DNA of 63,989 nt, the filler included, from Octopus bimaculoides (taxonomy: Eukaryota): assembly GCF_001194135.2 (NCBI RefSeq). It is 7 parts of 7 records of this genome, joined end to end, with 100 filler letters (N's around TTAATTAATTAA, not from the genome) between each part and the next. Parts side by side here need not be neighbours in the genome. Positions count along the whole stretch, not along the records: positions 1 to 7,635 come from NC_068991.1; positions 7,736 to 25,339 come from NC_068987.1; 5 more parts are not named here. One strand, given 5' to 3'. The translations under genes and the position numbers were made by a program. Positions 1-13,574 of this stretch are shown one piece after another. Within the stretch, counting starts at the first letter, position 1; each line of letters begins with the position of its first letter. The notes under the pieces were generated by a model that was not told the origin of the DNA, searched no databases, and was given only the letters and a program-made list of their open reading frames with translations.

Positions 1-32
<32 letters not shown>

Positions 33-202
33 CTATATGTACGTATATATGCGTGTATTTACAATGTTCAGTAGTAACTGCAACATGTAATACATCTGTA
101 AACGTAGCGGGAGACATTTGTAATAAAAGTACCATCGAGAAGGACAAAGGTTTTGTCAGAATCCAGAAAATGGTAAATTATCGATTTCTTGCCAATTCTT
201 AC

Positions 203-247
203 CTTTTGGGAAACTCGACAAACGAACACAGAGGCCAAAATGGTCAT
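203..247 (-). CDS. Weak candidate 45-nt internal exon (phase 1/1: (D)DHFGLCVRLSSFPK; or phase 0: MTILASVFVCRVSQK)
   Basis: Minus strand TCACAG acceptor and AAG|GTAAGA donor, two open frames. Polypyrimidine tract is poor and I recognise no homologue. Confidence 0.25.
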
Positions 248-550
248 CTGTGAGTTATCAGGTTATATTTGTACAATAATATACTGGGTATATTCATAAA
301 ACTCTTTACACTTCTTGAAATATTGTATATTCGAGTTATTTAACCATAGAATGGTATCTAAATACATGTTTTTCGTATTTACCATTTAATTCATAGTGAT
401 ATGATGGATACATCGCAAAGGAAAAGGAAGATACAAAACTGCAAAAGCAAAAGGAAAGGAAGATACCACAGGAGTAGAAGACATTGTCTTACACTATCTT
501 AAGACTTGTTATATAGGACATGTGTATACATGTTTGTATAGTTGTGGATT

Positions 551-700
<150 letters not shown>

Positions 701-744
701 GTATCGTGTATATATCATAAAAAATAGCAATATTTATTAATTCA

Positions 745-1037
745 TTATTTTCTCTTTATCACAGGTTTTGTTGGGGCTCCTAGAGTCTTCCATGAGTAGC
801 GCGCTTACTATCTGCAGCTTAAAGTACCATGCTATTCGTTCTTTTTATTTATCTAATACTTTCCTGATTATTCTGGCCGTGCTTAGGAGGCAAATCTTTT
901 CTACCAGTTCAATTATGCACTCTATTCCAATTTCCTTTATATTCCTCTTGATGCATTCTGACACTCTTCTCAATAATTGGCACTATCTTCACCGTCTTTA
1001 TTTTCCATAGCCGGGTATTTCGTACTTAAGAGGGGTG

Positions 1038-1109
<72 letters not shown>

Positions 1110-2777
1110 GTTTCGCCTTCCTTCTTGGCTATTGGTGGGTCAAAGGGGCATGCAACCTCAACTATATAGCATATGTGGGGCACCTTGTCCACTATTACTA
1201 GGTGCGGTCTGTTACGCTCTAGCACCTGATCTACTTGGATTGGGAAATCCCAGAGGATGTTGCTAGTCTCTGACCCTGTCACTCTCTGCTGCTTGTACTC
1301 ATACCACGTCTTGATTCTCTCTAGCCTCCACTTTTTGCACACTTTCCAGTCTGGTACTTTCACTACCTGGTCGTGTCGCCACAACTTGTAGTGGTTTTGG
1401 GCAAGTCTAGGGCATTCGTTCGTGATATGGGCAATGGTTTCATTCACTCTTTTGCAGATTCGGCACAGTAGAGGCGCATGCTCATTCCTCAGATTGTCCC
1501 TCCAATTTGTGGCCAGAGCTTCGTCCTGTGCTGGCAGTATAATGCTCTTCGTCTACTTTTTCAGGGTTCGGTTTTATCAGACAATCCCACCTATTTTTCC
1601 AACAGTTTTTCTTGTGGTGACATGGAATTCATTGTGTAGTCCCTTCTTGCGTAATTCTTCTTCATGTCCTTTTAATACTTCTTCCTTTGTTTTCCCTCTT
1701 TTTTCTCTGCTCTCAATACTTCCTAACTGTCACTAGCAAGGTTTCTTTACTTTGGTCTAGGTATCTCATTAAGCTCGCGAGTTCGATACGCTCGTTGTCT
1801 TCCACACTTACCTGTCCCCTTCCTTCATTTGCTCTCTTCATGTATAGGCGATCAGCGTCTGCACAGGGATGATGTGCTCCACGCATCGTTAGGAGCTTTC
1901 CTGACTTCCTGTCCATTTCCTTTAGCTCCTCCTCTGTTCACGTCAGCATTCCAGTGTCATACCGTACTACTGCGATTGCGTGCGAGTTTATTGTCGAAAT
2001 TATGTTCCTGGCATTCAACTTCGAAGCCAATATTTTTCTCACTCACCGCAGGTACTCTCCTTTTGTCTTTTCCTTCATGTCGTGTTATTTGATTCCATCT
2101 GTTTCAAGTATTTCCAGGTATTTATAGCTGGATTGAGGTTGAACTGCCTTCATCGTTTCACCATTTGGCAACTCTCTGTCCTGGCAAGCTTTCCTCGTCT
2201 TATCACCATCGTAGCACATTTTGAGAATCCAGACTCCGTCTTAATACAATTGGAGAAAATCCGGACAGACTGAACTAGGCTGTCCAGTTCTGCCTCAAGT
2301 CGTCCAGGAATAAATAGCAAGTGGTTTTGTTTTCCCTTACCATTTCCCAGATTATACCCCAACTTTGTTTTCAGTAGTATTTCACTCAAGGGGATCATTC
2401 CCAGCCGAATATCAGTGAGAACACACTGTTCCCCTAGAAAGATTCCTCTCTTGATTTTCACCTCCCTTAGTACTTGCTGCCCTGCTGTCGATTCCGTTCT
2501 CCAGTATTTTATGCTATTCCATATAAGGCTTCTCATATTATCTGCTACTCCATACATTTCCATTGTTCTTATTATCCAGGAGTGTGATATCATATCGTAT
2601 GCTTTACGAAAGTCAACCCATGCCATGCTCAGGTTTGTGTGTCTTCTTTTACAGTTCCTGATAATTAGATTATCAATTAATAGCTAACCCTTCGTTCACC
2701 TGCTCCTTTTTCGGCACCCTTTCTGTTCAGTTGGTACCAACCCACTTCTTTCCAAGTATCTGTACAGTTCACCGGCC
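745..2777 (-). mobile_element. 5'-truncated, decayed R4/Dong-clade non-LTR retrotransposon (RT, CCHC knuckle, RLE endonuclease)
   Basis: Frames give AWVDFRKAYDMISHSWI, IKRGIF, IAHITNECPRLAQ..WRHDQV, ILWDFPIQVDQVLERNRPHLVIVDK..EVACPFD, LKYEI..LWKIKTVKIVPII and EKICLLSTARIIRKVLDK*. The 5' end abuts (ATT)n at about 2778-2812. Confidence 0.88.
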
Positions 2778-2829
2778 ATTATTATTATTATCATTATTAT
2801 TATTATCATTATTCAGTAGTCTTATTTTT

Positions 2830-3965
2830 ACCACGTGCTTTCACTGCACTATCGAGCGCAGCTCTGTGTGCCCTTGGTATGTGCTGTGGTTCTTTTGTGG
2901 TGCTCTTATTTTCACTGTATTGAAAGTGTCTTATGTAGGATGTATGCGGTGTCTAGCTGTGCTATTCTCTGTATGTTATATATATTTGTAAGTCCTAGTG
3001 TTTTTGTTTTCCCATCAATGACTCGGATCTCATCAAGCGTCCAATCAAATGTTGGTATTAGTACTAGCACTGCAAACACATTTTGGGCCACTGTTTTATT
3101 GAATGCAGAGAGTCCTGAGGTCCAAATTTTCTTTATTCCGCTGTAATATTCTTTAGTGACACGTGTTTCGTTACAGATACCACTGTAAGATATATTTTCA
3201 TCCACCCTAGATACCTCTAGCATTCCTCGTCAGATACAAGGGAAGCAGTCAAATTATTGATGGTGATGTTACTAGTCTGGTTTATAATTTCCCCCCTTTT
3301 CACAACTATATAGCAACTTTTATGCTGACCAAACTCCAACCCTTCATCCTTTGAGAATGTTGTAACTAAGTCAAGGCTCTTTTTCATCTCATGCATATTC
3401 CTTGTATAAAGTTTTAAGTCATCCACAAAGAAACAATGTGTAATTTTGGTATTTCTGTTTCCTTGTGAACCAGTGAGATATCCTTCAGACCTCCTTAACA
3501 TGAACGACAAGGGGTTTACAGAATGCATAAACAACATCACAGAGAGGCTGTCTCCTTGGAATATGGCTTTGTGGATCTGTATTCTATCGGTGATAATACA
3601 TTCACTCTTTGTATTTAATTTCAAGATGGTGGCCCACGATGAAATCAGGTCAGCTATGGCGTTTGCTATTCTCACTGGACCATTAGCAAGTTGAAGGGCT
3701 TCTAGCATCCATGAGTGGGGAACAGAGTCAAAGGCTTTCTTGTAATCTAGTCACATTTAAACTAGGTTCTTCTTATGCTCTCGCACCTCTGACATCACAG
3801 ATTTTTGTTGGTTAGCAATTGCTCGGCACATTCCCAGACAGCCTTCTTCCCATCTGTTTGTTCTGCTGTGATAATGTCATTGGTTTCACAATGGTCTCGA
3901 AGGAAGAGGTTTAAACATGCCGTATATATCTCATACAATAAGTTCTGGCATGCGATTAAACGGTA
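2830..3965 (-). mobile_element. Second R4/Dong-like element, 5'-truncated with a large internal deletion
   Basis: DYKKAFDSVPHSWM, IFQGDSLS..VNPLSFML, THCFFVDDLKLY (RT). DEIRVIDGKTK is fused directly to the C-terminal IQRIAQLDTAYILHKTLSIQ*. Confidence 0.82.
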
Positions 3966-4639
3966 GTTTTTTTTGCCATGTATGAGTATGTATGTATATA
4001 TGTATGTATGTATGCATGTATGTATAAAAATGATCAGATAAAAGTTATGAAGTGAGAGAATGGATGTTTATTTCATTGGACTTTTAGAAAAAAAACTGCA
4101 GTGTGATATACGTAGGAGAGCAAATCATCCCCAGTATACGAAAGTATTGATTTTATTGATCTCATGTAGAACGTATCTCAGAGTGGGAAAGGACCGATTT
4201 GAAATCACTTCGTGCAGGGTTGAAAGTAACTACCGTAACGAACTGTCTGCAACTATGTGGCATCTCTGACAACTCAATTGTGTTAAAAATCACTCCATTG
4301 CCTTGAAAAACAGAATATTTAATTCTCTTTCAAGACGTCTCCTCTGTTTATTAGTGATTTAATATAGCTCAAAAATATCAAAATCTGCGTTGGGCGGTGC
4401 TTCTGATAGTCCTCTCGTTGTTGCACGGTGACGAATAATGAGCGGTAATTATAGTGAAGCTATAATGGTTGTTTGGCCAAGGCACTTCTGTCAGCTGTAA
4501 AGTAACGAACGAAACCTGCATTTAACAAGCTCAATTATTAGTCGTTATCAAAATGATTTTATAGTCAGGAGATCGGATCATATTTAATTGGATCATGATA
4601 ATCTTCAAGATACAAATATAAAGCAAACTCCCATATATG

Positions 4640-4780
4640 TATTTGTGAACTAATGTGCGCATGGATACGTGTATGTTTATGTTTGTGTAAGTGTGCACAT
4701 GTGAATTCCGGTATGTGTTCATATAATATATGTATGTGCATATTTGTGTGTGCGTGTTTGTGTGTGTATACATATGTGTT

Positions 4781-4851
<71 letters not shown>

Positions 4852-5005
4852 ATACACGTATGTAGGTGTGTGTACATGTATAAGAGTATATATACAGACG
4901 TATGTATGTTTATATATATATATGCATATATATATTTATATATACATACGTATGCTTTTTTATATATACAGGTACATATGCATTTTTATATATATATATA
5001 TACAA
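4640..5005. repeat. Compound (TG)/(TA)/(TATG) microsatellite
   Basis: Directly visible. Confidence 0.9.
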
Positions 5006-5559
5006 CTGATTATGAGTAATCAGCTGTAAAAATTATATGGAGCTTATGTAAGTAACACTTAATCAGTGTGTCTTGAAATGTAGCCTGATTTTAATAGTCG
5101 TAAGACAGGCAGTCGATTAAGCACCACTTGGACTTGTTAATGAAGTAAGTATGTCTTGTATGGCAAGTTAAAGAGAGGTTATCATGATTACAATTGGCGA
5201 AACACGAACACCTCTTCCGTTGATCAGCCGATAGAAAGGAAACGAACAACATTGTATCTGACATCAAATAGAGATATTAATAATCACATGTCATAAAATT
5301 GATGTTATCATTTCTAGCTAAATGGTAGATAGCCGCAAGCGTCATGTAAATCTGATTGGGATTATCTAAGACGACATTCATGGAGATTATTTTGTTTCGT
5401 GGTTGATTCCTTTTGATCTTTTTACTTTTCTTTCTTTTTCTTCTTGTAGTCATTGTTTTACTTTCTTCTTTATTAACAGGGGCATGTAAACATGGAAATA
5501 CAAGAGACGTCGAATGTTAAATAAAATCGAATAGTCAGCATATATGGACATACATATAC

Positions 5560-5568
5560 ATACATACA

Positions 5569-5651
<83 letters not shown>

Positions 5652-5758
5652 ATATATATATATGTATATATATATATACATACATATACACATATATGGC
5701 CGCAGTCTAAGATAATAGACACAAAAGATAATAGACACAAAAACACAGAGAAACAGAC

Positions 5759-5823
<65 letters not shown>

Positions 5824-5870
5824 TACACACACACGCACACACATGGACGCACATGCGCACACATGCATAT
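5560..5870. repeat. Compound (TATC)n, (TA)n, (CA)n microsatellites
   Basis: Directly visible. Confidence 0.9.
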
Positions 5871-6748
5871 AACAATAATTTGATGTGTAGATTTATTTCT
5901 ATTAATCATTCATGTTATAAAAGGATCTAATGTCGAATACCAGGTACCATAAAAGAAACTGATAGTCTTATCTTATACATATATCTCTACGGAGTTGCAT
6001 ACGTGAATCTGGTACACTTGTCTTTACCGAGGTGTATACAGATATCTACTAAATAAATATCATCGTTTGAAAACTACGAAGGATAAAAGCTATTTTGAAC
6101 TGATGCATAACTTAAAGCGTCGTAATATTTGGCAAGTTATTTCATATAGAAAAGCTCGGTAATTGTACTTATGTCATTAGTAATATAGACTGTGTTCATC
6201 TGGTTAAATTGCACGCTTTCATGTAAATCGGGATTCATTTTCTTGTTGATGGAGAACTGGGTTAAATTTTGTGAACTCGCTTTTCGCCTTGGACACTGTG
6301 TAAACAGATGTTTCAGCTCAAAGCCCTAACGTACAGTAGAGGAAATGGTTAGCGCCTCTCATTTGTAAAGTTTGATTCTTTTTCTGTTTGAAAAATATAT
6401 TATATAAAAGATATTGTATAAGGAAAAATGTGTTTTATTCTTGGAGACTAAACAACAATAAAGATCTGGACAGAAAATAGAATAAATAGAAAAGAAACTA
6501 AATTCAAAGAGAAAAAAGACTTAATAAAACTAATAATGGCTTCAATTTTTGGCACAAAGCCAGCAATTGTAGAGGGAGGTTTAGTCGATTACATCGACAC
6601 TAGTACTTGACTAGCACTTCATCAATAACAAGACATGGAAATCTAAGTTTACTTGGGATTTGTGTAAAAGAAGGTAAACAGCCGGACGAAATGCCGGTAA
6701 GCAACTTGAGTAACACTTTAAACAATTCTGTTACATCACCACCTTCCA

Positions 6749-6777
6749 TAATAATAATAATAATAACAATAATAATG

Positions 6778-6855
<78 letters not shown>

Positions 6856-6872
6856 ACTATAATAATAATAGC
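6749..6872 (+). repeat. (ATA)n/(ACA)n trinucleotide microsatellite
   Basis: Directly visible. Confidence 0.95.
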
Positions 6873-7505
6873 TTAGACAGAAAGACAAGGAAGTTGCTGA
6901 CTAGATATGGGATACTCCACCCAAAAAGTGACACAGACAGACTGTATATACCGAGACAAAGAGGGGGATGAGGACTGATTGGATGCGAACACAACATTAG
7001 AGCAGAAGAAAACAGCATAGCATGGTATGTAAAACAATGCCACAGAACGGCTATTATTGGAAGTAAGAAGGTCAGGCTTGTGTAGGGTGGAAGATTGCAA
7101 AGATAAAGCAATGTGTAAGCACTTGAAAATGAATGAAACTGAAAATAGGTAGATAAAGAAAAGAATGCATGGACAATTTCATAGAGATATTGAAGATAAG
7201 ACAGACGGAGATAAAATGGCCAAGGATGACTAAAAGTGATTTAAAACCGGGAAAAGAGGCTCTAATCTGTTCTGCCCAAGAGCAAACATTAAGATCCACT
7301 TACATCAAATACAAAATGGACAACACATCGGAAAGTGTTAATTGCAGAATTTGTGGATAAAATAGTGAAACCGTATGGCATATTACCAGTCAATGTATGC
7401 CACTAGTCCAGAAAGAATATAAGAGACATCATGACAATATAGCAAGAATTGTCCATCGGACACTCTGCAACAAGTATGGACTTGACAGAGCAAAAACAGG
7501 TAGAA
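6873..7505 (+). mobile_element. R4/Dong-like fragment (thumb to CCHC knuckle), 5' junction at the (TAA)n tract
   Basis: LDRKTRKLLTRYGILHPKSDTDRLYIPRQRGG*GLIG, MHGQF, EALICSAQEQTLRS, CRICG*NSETVWHITSQC..YKRHHDNIARIVH. Confidence 0.87.
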
Positions 7506-7596
7506 CAATCTATAATGTATACTCGGTGTTTTGAAATGTCGTGAAATGTATATTTCTGTTGACTCTCAATATAACTTAGACATTTGTATAATTTTC

Positions 7597-7635
<39 letters not shown>

Positions 7636-7735
7636 NNNNNNNNNNNNNNNNNNNNNNNNNNNNNNNNNNNNNNNNNNNNTTAATTAATTAANNNNNNNNN
7701 NNNNNNNNNNNNNNNNNNNNNNNNNNNNNNNNNNN
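7636..7735. other. Assembly join spacer (44N-TTAATTAATTAA-44N)
   Basis: Identical 100-bp layout occurs six times; the 12-mer has stops in all six frames. Confidence 0.93.
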
Positions 7736-8344
7736 TATATATATATATATATATATATATTTTATCTTCTACTTGTTACAATCATCAGACTGCAGCTATG
7801 CTATGGCACCATCTTGTAGAATTTTAGTCAAATAAATTCACCCCTTTCATCCTTTCGAAGTCTATATTAGAATCGATTCTCATTAGTTTAGTTCAGGTAA
7901 GAATCTGTGACCCCAGTTGGAGACGAACACGCTTTGCCAGATTTACAGATTTGTGCACGGAAGTCACAACGTATGTTACTCTTTTGGTCCGTTAGAGTTC
8001 CAGAGCTTAAGGAAGTTTATATTTTTGTTTCTGGTTTCTGTCAATAAACTGGGGCACCAGTTTTTTAGGCGAACAAATCAACTCCAGTATATAGTGTTGC
8101 TATTATGTTAAACTTTCGTATGTCCAAGTTTGGCCAAATGCGTTTTTTTTTCTTTTTTTTTTCAATATTATTTTAGCTTGCAATAGCCGGTTCCTTTGGT
8201 CAAACTATCGTATCTCCGGCAGCTTCAGATCTCAAGAATTGTCAAAGTGTAGTATAATGGTTTTTCTATGGAATGGTGAAACTACTCTTTCGTTTCCCGA
8301 AAAAGCAACGTTTTGGACTTACGAACTTTAGCGTCATAGCAACG

Positions 8345-8397
<53 letters not shown>

Positions 8398-8424
8398 TAT
8401 TTGTGTGTGTGTGTGTATATATAT

Positions 8425-8680
8425 AAAGTCTGGTACTTATTCTATCGGAGACTTTTGATGAGCCGCTAAGTTACGGGGGTACATAAACAAACTAACATCG
8501 GTTGTGAAAGGGGTGGGATACATAAACACACACACACACACATGCGATGGACTTCTTTCAGTTCCCGTCTACCGAATCCACCCACAAAGCTTTAGAGGAA
8601 AGGACACTTTTCCGAGATGCAAGTGGGACTGAACCCGAAGCTATGTAGTTTGGAAGCAAGCTTCTTACCGAACAGCCAAT
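8425..8680 (-). mobile_element. tRNA-derived SINE (family A), decayed
   Basis: Reverse complement of the 16407-16787 copy (head GGCTGT..GGTAAG..GGTTCAGTCCCAC; body GTAACTTAGCGG, CCGATAGAATAAGTACC). Confidence 0.75.
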
Positions 8681-10784
8681 ACACACATGCAAGTGTGTGT
8701 ATGTGTAATATATATATATATAGTGCATGTGATTTTTATACCTGCTGTAGACACGTATGATCTTTTTTTAGTATCACTCTAGAATCGTATTATAGCGTGA
8801 ATGTGTAAGTAATCTCTCTATGCATGTATGAGTGAGTGTGCATATAATACATACATACACATATATATGTATGTATGTATGTGTAGATATATATATACAC
8901 ACACACACACACATTATTTAGCTTTGTTATCGTTTGCGCTACGTTCTTTTGATGTGTCATCAATTCTGTCCACTGTCGCCTATATAAACATCGTTCTCCA
9001 TCCCTCATTCATCTAAGCTAGTCATTTTTTTTTTTGCCCCCTAAGTTCGCTTTTCATACGATCCATACCCAGTTGCAGTCGTTTCGTGAAAGAAATCCTG
9101 TCAGTAGCATTTTTGCATTACAACTTCCTTATATACAGCTTCGCTTATAGGAAGAAAAGTTTCCCCCTTTTTTTTTCTTTTTCTCCTACCGTTTTCCCCT
9201 TTTTCTCAGATGTCGTCCAGACTACTGCCAGAACGAAATAGATTTAAAAAAAAAATAAATAAAATAAATGATAAAAGTAACTGGATAAAGATAAGATAAT
9301 CCGAAATCCAACATCCAAACTTTTTTTTTCTCTCCTTTTTATCCACGTTTAAATCTGATTTATTCATTCATTCATTCATTCCAAATCTTCATCTATGTTA
9401 CTGTGTTGCCCCGAAAAGTAACCGTCTCACTCCCACCACTTTTATCCCTCAACCCCACCATGTTTTTATCTTGTTATCTTCCAAAAACAATATTTATTAT
9501 AGAACTATATGAATGAAATAGCTGTGAATATCTTAACATTCCTCTTCAATTGCCGACACACAAAAGTATATATATAATACTTACACACTCCTAGACACAC
9601 TTCACTCTCTCTCCATCTCTCTCTTTATATATATATANNNNNNNNNNNNNNNNNNNNNNNNNNNNNNNNNNNNNNNNNNNNNNNNNNNNNNNNNNNNNNN
9701 NNNNNNNNNNNNNNNNNNNNNNNNNNNNNNNNNNNNNNNNNNNNNNNNNNNNNNNNNNNNNNNNNNNNNNNNNNNNNNNNNNNNNNNNNNNNNNNNNNNN
9801 NNNNNNNNNNNNNNNNNNNNNNNNNNNNNNNNNNNNNNNNNNNNNNNNNNNNNNNNNNNNNNNNNNNNNNNNNNNNNNNNNNNNNNNNNNNNNNNNNNNN
9901 NNNNNNNNNNNNNNNNNNNNNNNNNNNNNNNNNNNNNNNNNNNNNNNNNNNNNNNNNNNNNNNNNNNNNNNNNNNNNNNNNNNNNNNNNNNNNNNNNNNN
10001 NNNNNNNNNNNNNNNNNNNNNNNNNNNNNNNNNNNNNNNNNNNNNNNNNNNNNNNNNNNNNNNNNNNNNNNNNNNNNNNNNNNNNNNNNNNNNNNNNNNC
10101 TTAAAAAGAATAAAACTTTTTACATTGTTCCATATCTATCTCTCAGTCCTTTCTTTCTTTCTCTAAAAACACACACACACCTCTGCTATTATGGTCTTTT
10201 CTCTCGCCGACTTCTGTTTGTCCCTTTCTATCTTCTCTCCTCAATCACTCGGCAGTGTGTGTGTGTCCCCGACCGCAACCCCGCTCCACGCACTGCCAGT
10301 TCTTTTACTGACTGCTAACACATCTCGGCTCGTGTTTACATTAAGTCTTCAGGAAGCTCTTCAGCTACACTGACGATTGGACACTTCATGTTTTGATGTA
10401 TGGAATTCCCTGTTTAAACACACAGCTCGCAAAAGGTCTGTAGATGCGCGTCGACACATACTCACCTCCTTCGCATTTCTAACAAATACCCATCCCTCCA
10501 ATTCTCTCTCTCTCTTTTTCTTTCTCTCTCTCTCTCTTCTAAAGGTGAAAGGCAACTTTTGAAAGCGGCTTTAAAAAACAAATTAAAAGTAAAAGAAATC
10601 TTTTATTNNNNNNNNNNNNNNNNNNNNNNNNNNNNNNNNNNNNNNNNNNNNNNNNNNNNNNNNNNNNNNNNNNNNNNNNNNNNNNNNNNNNNNNNNNNNN
10701 NNNNNNNNNNNNNNNNNNNNNNNNNNNNNNNNNNNNNNNNNNNNNNNNNNGTCGGCAAAAAAAAAAAAAATAGTGCTTTATTCT

Positions 10785-11080
10785 TTACGTTTTGAGTTCA
10801 AATCCCTTGGAGTTTCGCTTTGCCTCTCATCCTTTCGGAATCGAGGAAAAAAAAATTAAAAGAAAAAATTATTCAGAAATTGTTAGTGTCCAGAGAAAAT
10901 TGTTTTGTGGTATTTGTTCCGACTCTTAACATTGTGAGTTCGAATATCGCCAAATTCAAGTTTGCCTTTTATTCTTTAGGGAGATCGATAAAATAAAGGT
11001 ACCAGTCAAGTACTGGAGTCGATGTAATCGGCTATCCCCTTCCCCTAAATTTCAGGCCATGACCCTATAAAAAGGATCTG
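10785..11080 (+). mobile_element. Two partial copies of SINE family B
   Basis: GAGTTCAAAT..CTTTGCCT.TCATCCTTTCGG and GATAAAATAAAGGTACCAGTC..GTCGATGTAATCG match the 47445-47678 copy. Confidence 0.65.
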
Positions 11081-11081
11081 A

Positions 11082-11124
<43 letters not shown>

Positions 11125-13305
11125 GCTGTCCCTGCTTCAATACTTATATGGCGCGAACCAATTCATTTTTGTGTGCTTGGGACATTGTCCCTTGTCTTGG
11201 AAATTGAAACATCTTTTTGTACCGTAGTTGATAGGCGCGAAGGAAGAAAAAAAATGGTAAAAATTGTGCCTCTCACTGGCGGAGTTTCGGAAAAGCTATG
11301 ACTACCTCATTCATGGAAAACAGAATTGGGGGAGTGGGGTAAAAATATTAAAAACTGAAATTCTAGAATTAAAAAAAAATTCTTTCAAAATTGGAATTCG
11401 TTATACAAAACAGGGATTCTAAAAGAAATATATTTAAAAAAAAAGCATTCCAGTTGCTTTTTCTTTTCCTTCTCCAAGAGATGGTAACAACTATTTCGAA
11501 ACTCCGCCGTCTCTTTACCGTTTCTTGACTATAGCACCAGGTTGAAATTTACTGAAAAGAATTTGATTGCCTAAACACTATTAAATTCTGTCCATTTCTA
11601 TTATCCGTTGATCGTAACATCAAGTTTTGTCTTTTATTAATGTCACATTAAATTTTCTTTGCTCCTTATATAAATGTCCTTTTACATAAATTTGTAAAAG
11701 TTAGTCGAATATTTATAACTTGTTTCTCTTTTTCCTTGTTGTTTGTACTATTTAAACCTAGTTGCTAATGGTAATTAAGTTCATTATATTATCTGTGTTT
11801 TTTTATTTTCCTTTTTAATTAATATCACAGTGAAGGTCTGGGAATAGCACACCCACATAAGTTGCATTTTCTCCGTTTTGACGGGGTTTTTCAATTTTTT
11901 TTTTCACACACTTCCAGACAATATCGAGGGGAAAGCATTTTTGCCAATGTAACCATATAAATAATACTATAACATCTACAGCCGTCTATATAGTGTGTGC
12001 ATACACGCAATTTTATGTGTATAAAATAAACATAAGAATTTACTACCCACGAAGCAGTTGAACCATTAATTTCACACACATGCTCTTGCTTGGTTTTGGT
12101 CGGTGCGTGCATTTGGGATTGTCTCAAAAGGAAGTTTGACATCTCTGTGCTGAAAAGGCCTTTTACGTAAAGTTGTCTAACACGAAACCATTTTCGCAGC
12201 AAAGAAAATAAATGTGAAGTACATTGCTTCTTCTTTTCTATATTCTCGTGGTTTAAACTAAAACATGCTCACACCAACAAACTAGTACATGTGCCGCTGC
12301 CCTTTATCGCGGCTGTTAATTTTAAGGCGTCGTGTGTTGGGCATTTAGGCGCTTTTAGAAGATAACTCGATCACTAGGGATAAGCTCTGCGTGTGTACAC
12401 GCAAAAGTGTTTGTATATAAGCAAACACACACGCACATATATATGTAGACACCCGAACATATGTTCGTGTATGAAAGCTTGCATATACATAACCATACTT
12501 TCATAAACACACATGCTTTTATATAGACATGCATGTTTTAATATAAACAGTTATATATGTGTGTGTGTATGTGTATATGCGCGTGTAATTACAATTTTGG
12601 GTACCCAATTTTGCGCGTGTAATTACAATTTTGGGTACCCAATTTTGTTCTGTATACATCACTGGGGTGTAACACAAAACATACACAAATACAATCTTAT
12701 TCTGTATATAAATCACAGTGGTGTGACTAATATCTCTTATTTTCTCTATAGTATTTCAAATTATTTTAAGGGAAGTGTATCCGATATAAGGAAGGCGAGT
12801 TTTGTTATAGAATATATTACAAATGCCGTTTATTACAATCCTACCAGTATTTGGCAAAAAAAAAAAAAATAATAATAATAAATGAATTGATGAAGCTTGC
12901 CGAATACTTTTCGTTCTAATGAATCTGAAAGAGTGAGGAGAACAAACAAGCAAGGAAGAAGGACAGAGGAAGGCAGAAGCAGGCTTTTTCAGAAACTCTT
13001 AATTGCGGTGTGACATTGGGGTCACCCTAGATATCTTTTCTGGTACCGGTTGACCGCTCTCTCCCTGTTGCTTAAAAACCTAGCCTGGCTTCCTGCAATG
13101 TCGGTCACTCACTGATTCCTCCCTCTCTTTCTTCATTCGAATGAAATTTCGTTCTATATACAAAGAGGTTTCAAGTTTGCTTTAACATATTAATTTTAGA
13201 TTTTGCAGCTCTGAAACAGGGTAGCAACTGCGGCTAAAAGTTTACAGGGTGCGTCGACCAAGAGACGACCACGCGTTTTTTTTTTCTTTCGAGTTTTGGC
13301 CCGCT

Positions 13306-13341
<36 letters not shown>

Positions 13342-13510
13342 ACATATATATATATATATATATATATAAAGGAGACCACAAGGTGGACTGTTAATGTGCT
13401 AGAAGATCACATGTAATTATTTTAATTTATATATATATATATATACGTGTTTATATATATTTCATCTATTTAGTCATCAATAGTTATTGCTATATATTTA
13501 TGTGTGTGTG

Positions 13511-13574
<64 letters not shown>

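Noticed and set aside
7680-7691. Recurring TTAATTAATTAA as a biological motif or regularly spaced repeat array
   Set aside because: Always centred in exactly 44+44 N; assembly spacer
8178-8257. Plus-strand terminal exon LAIAGSFGQTIVSPAASDLKNCQSVV*
   Set aside because: Good acceptor only; no recognisable homology or supporting upstream exon
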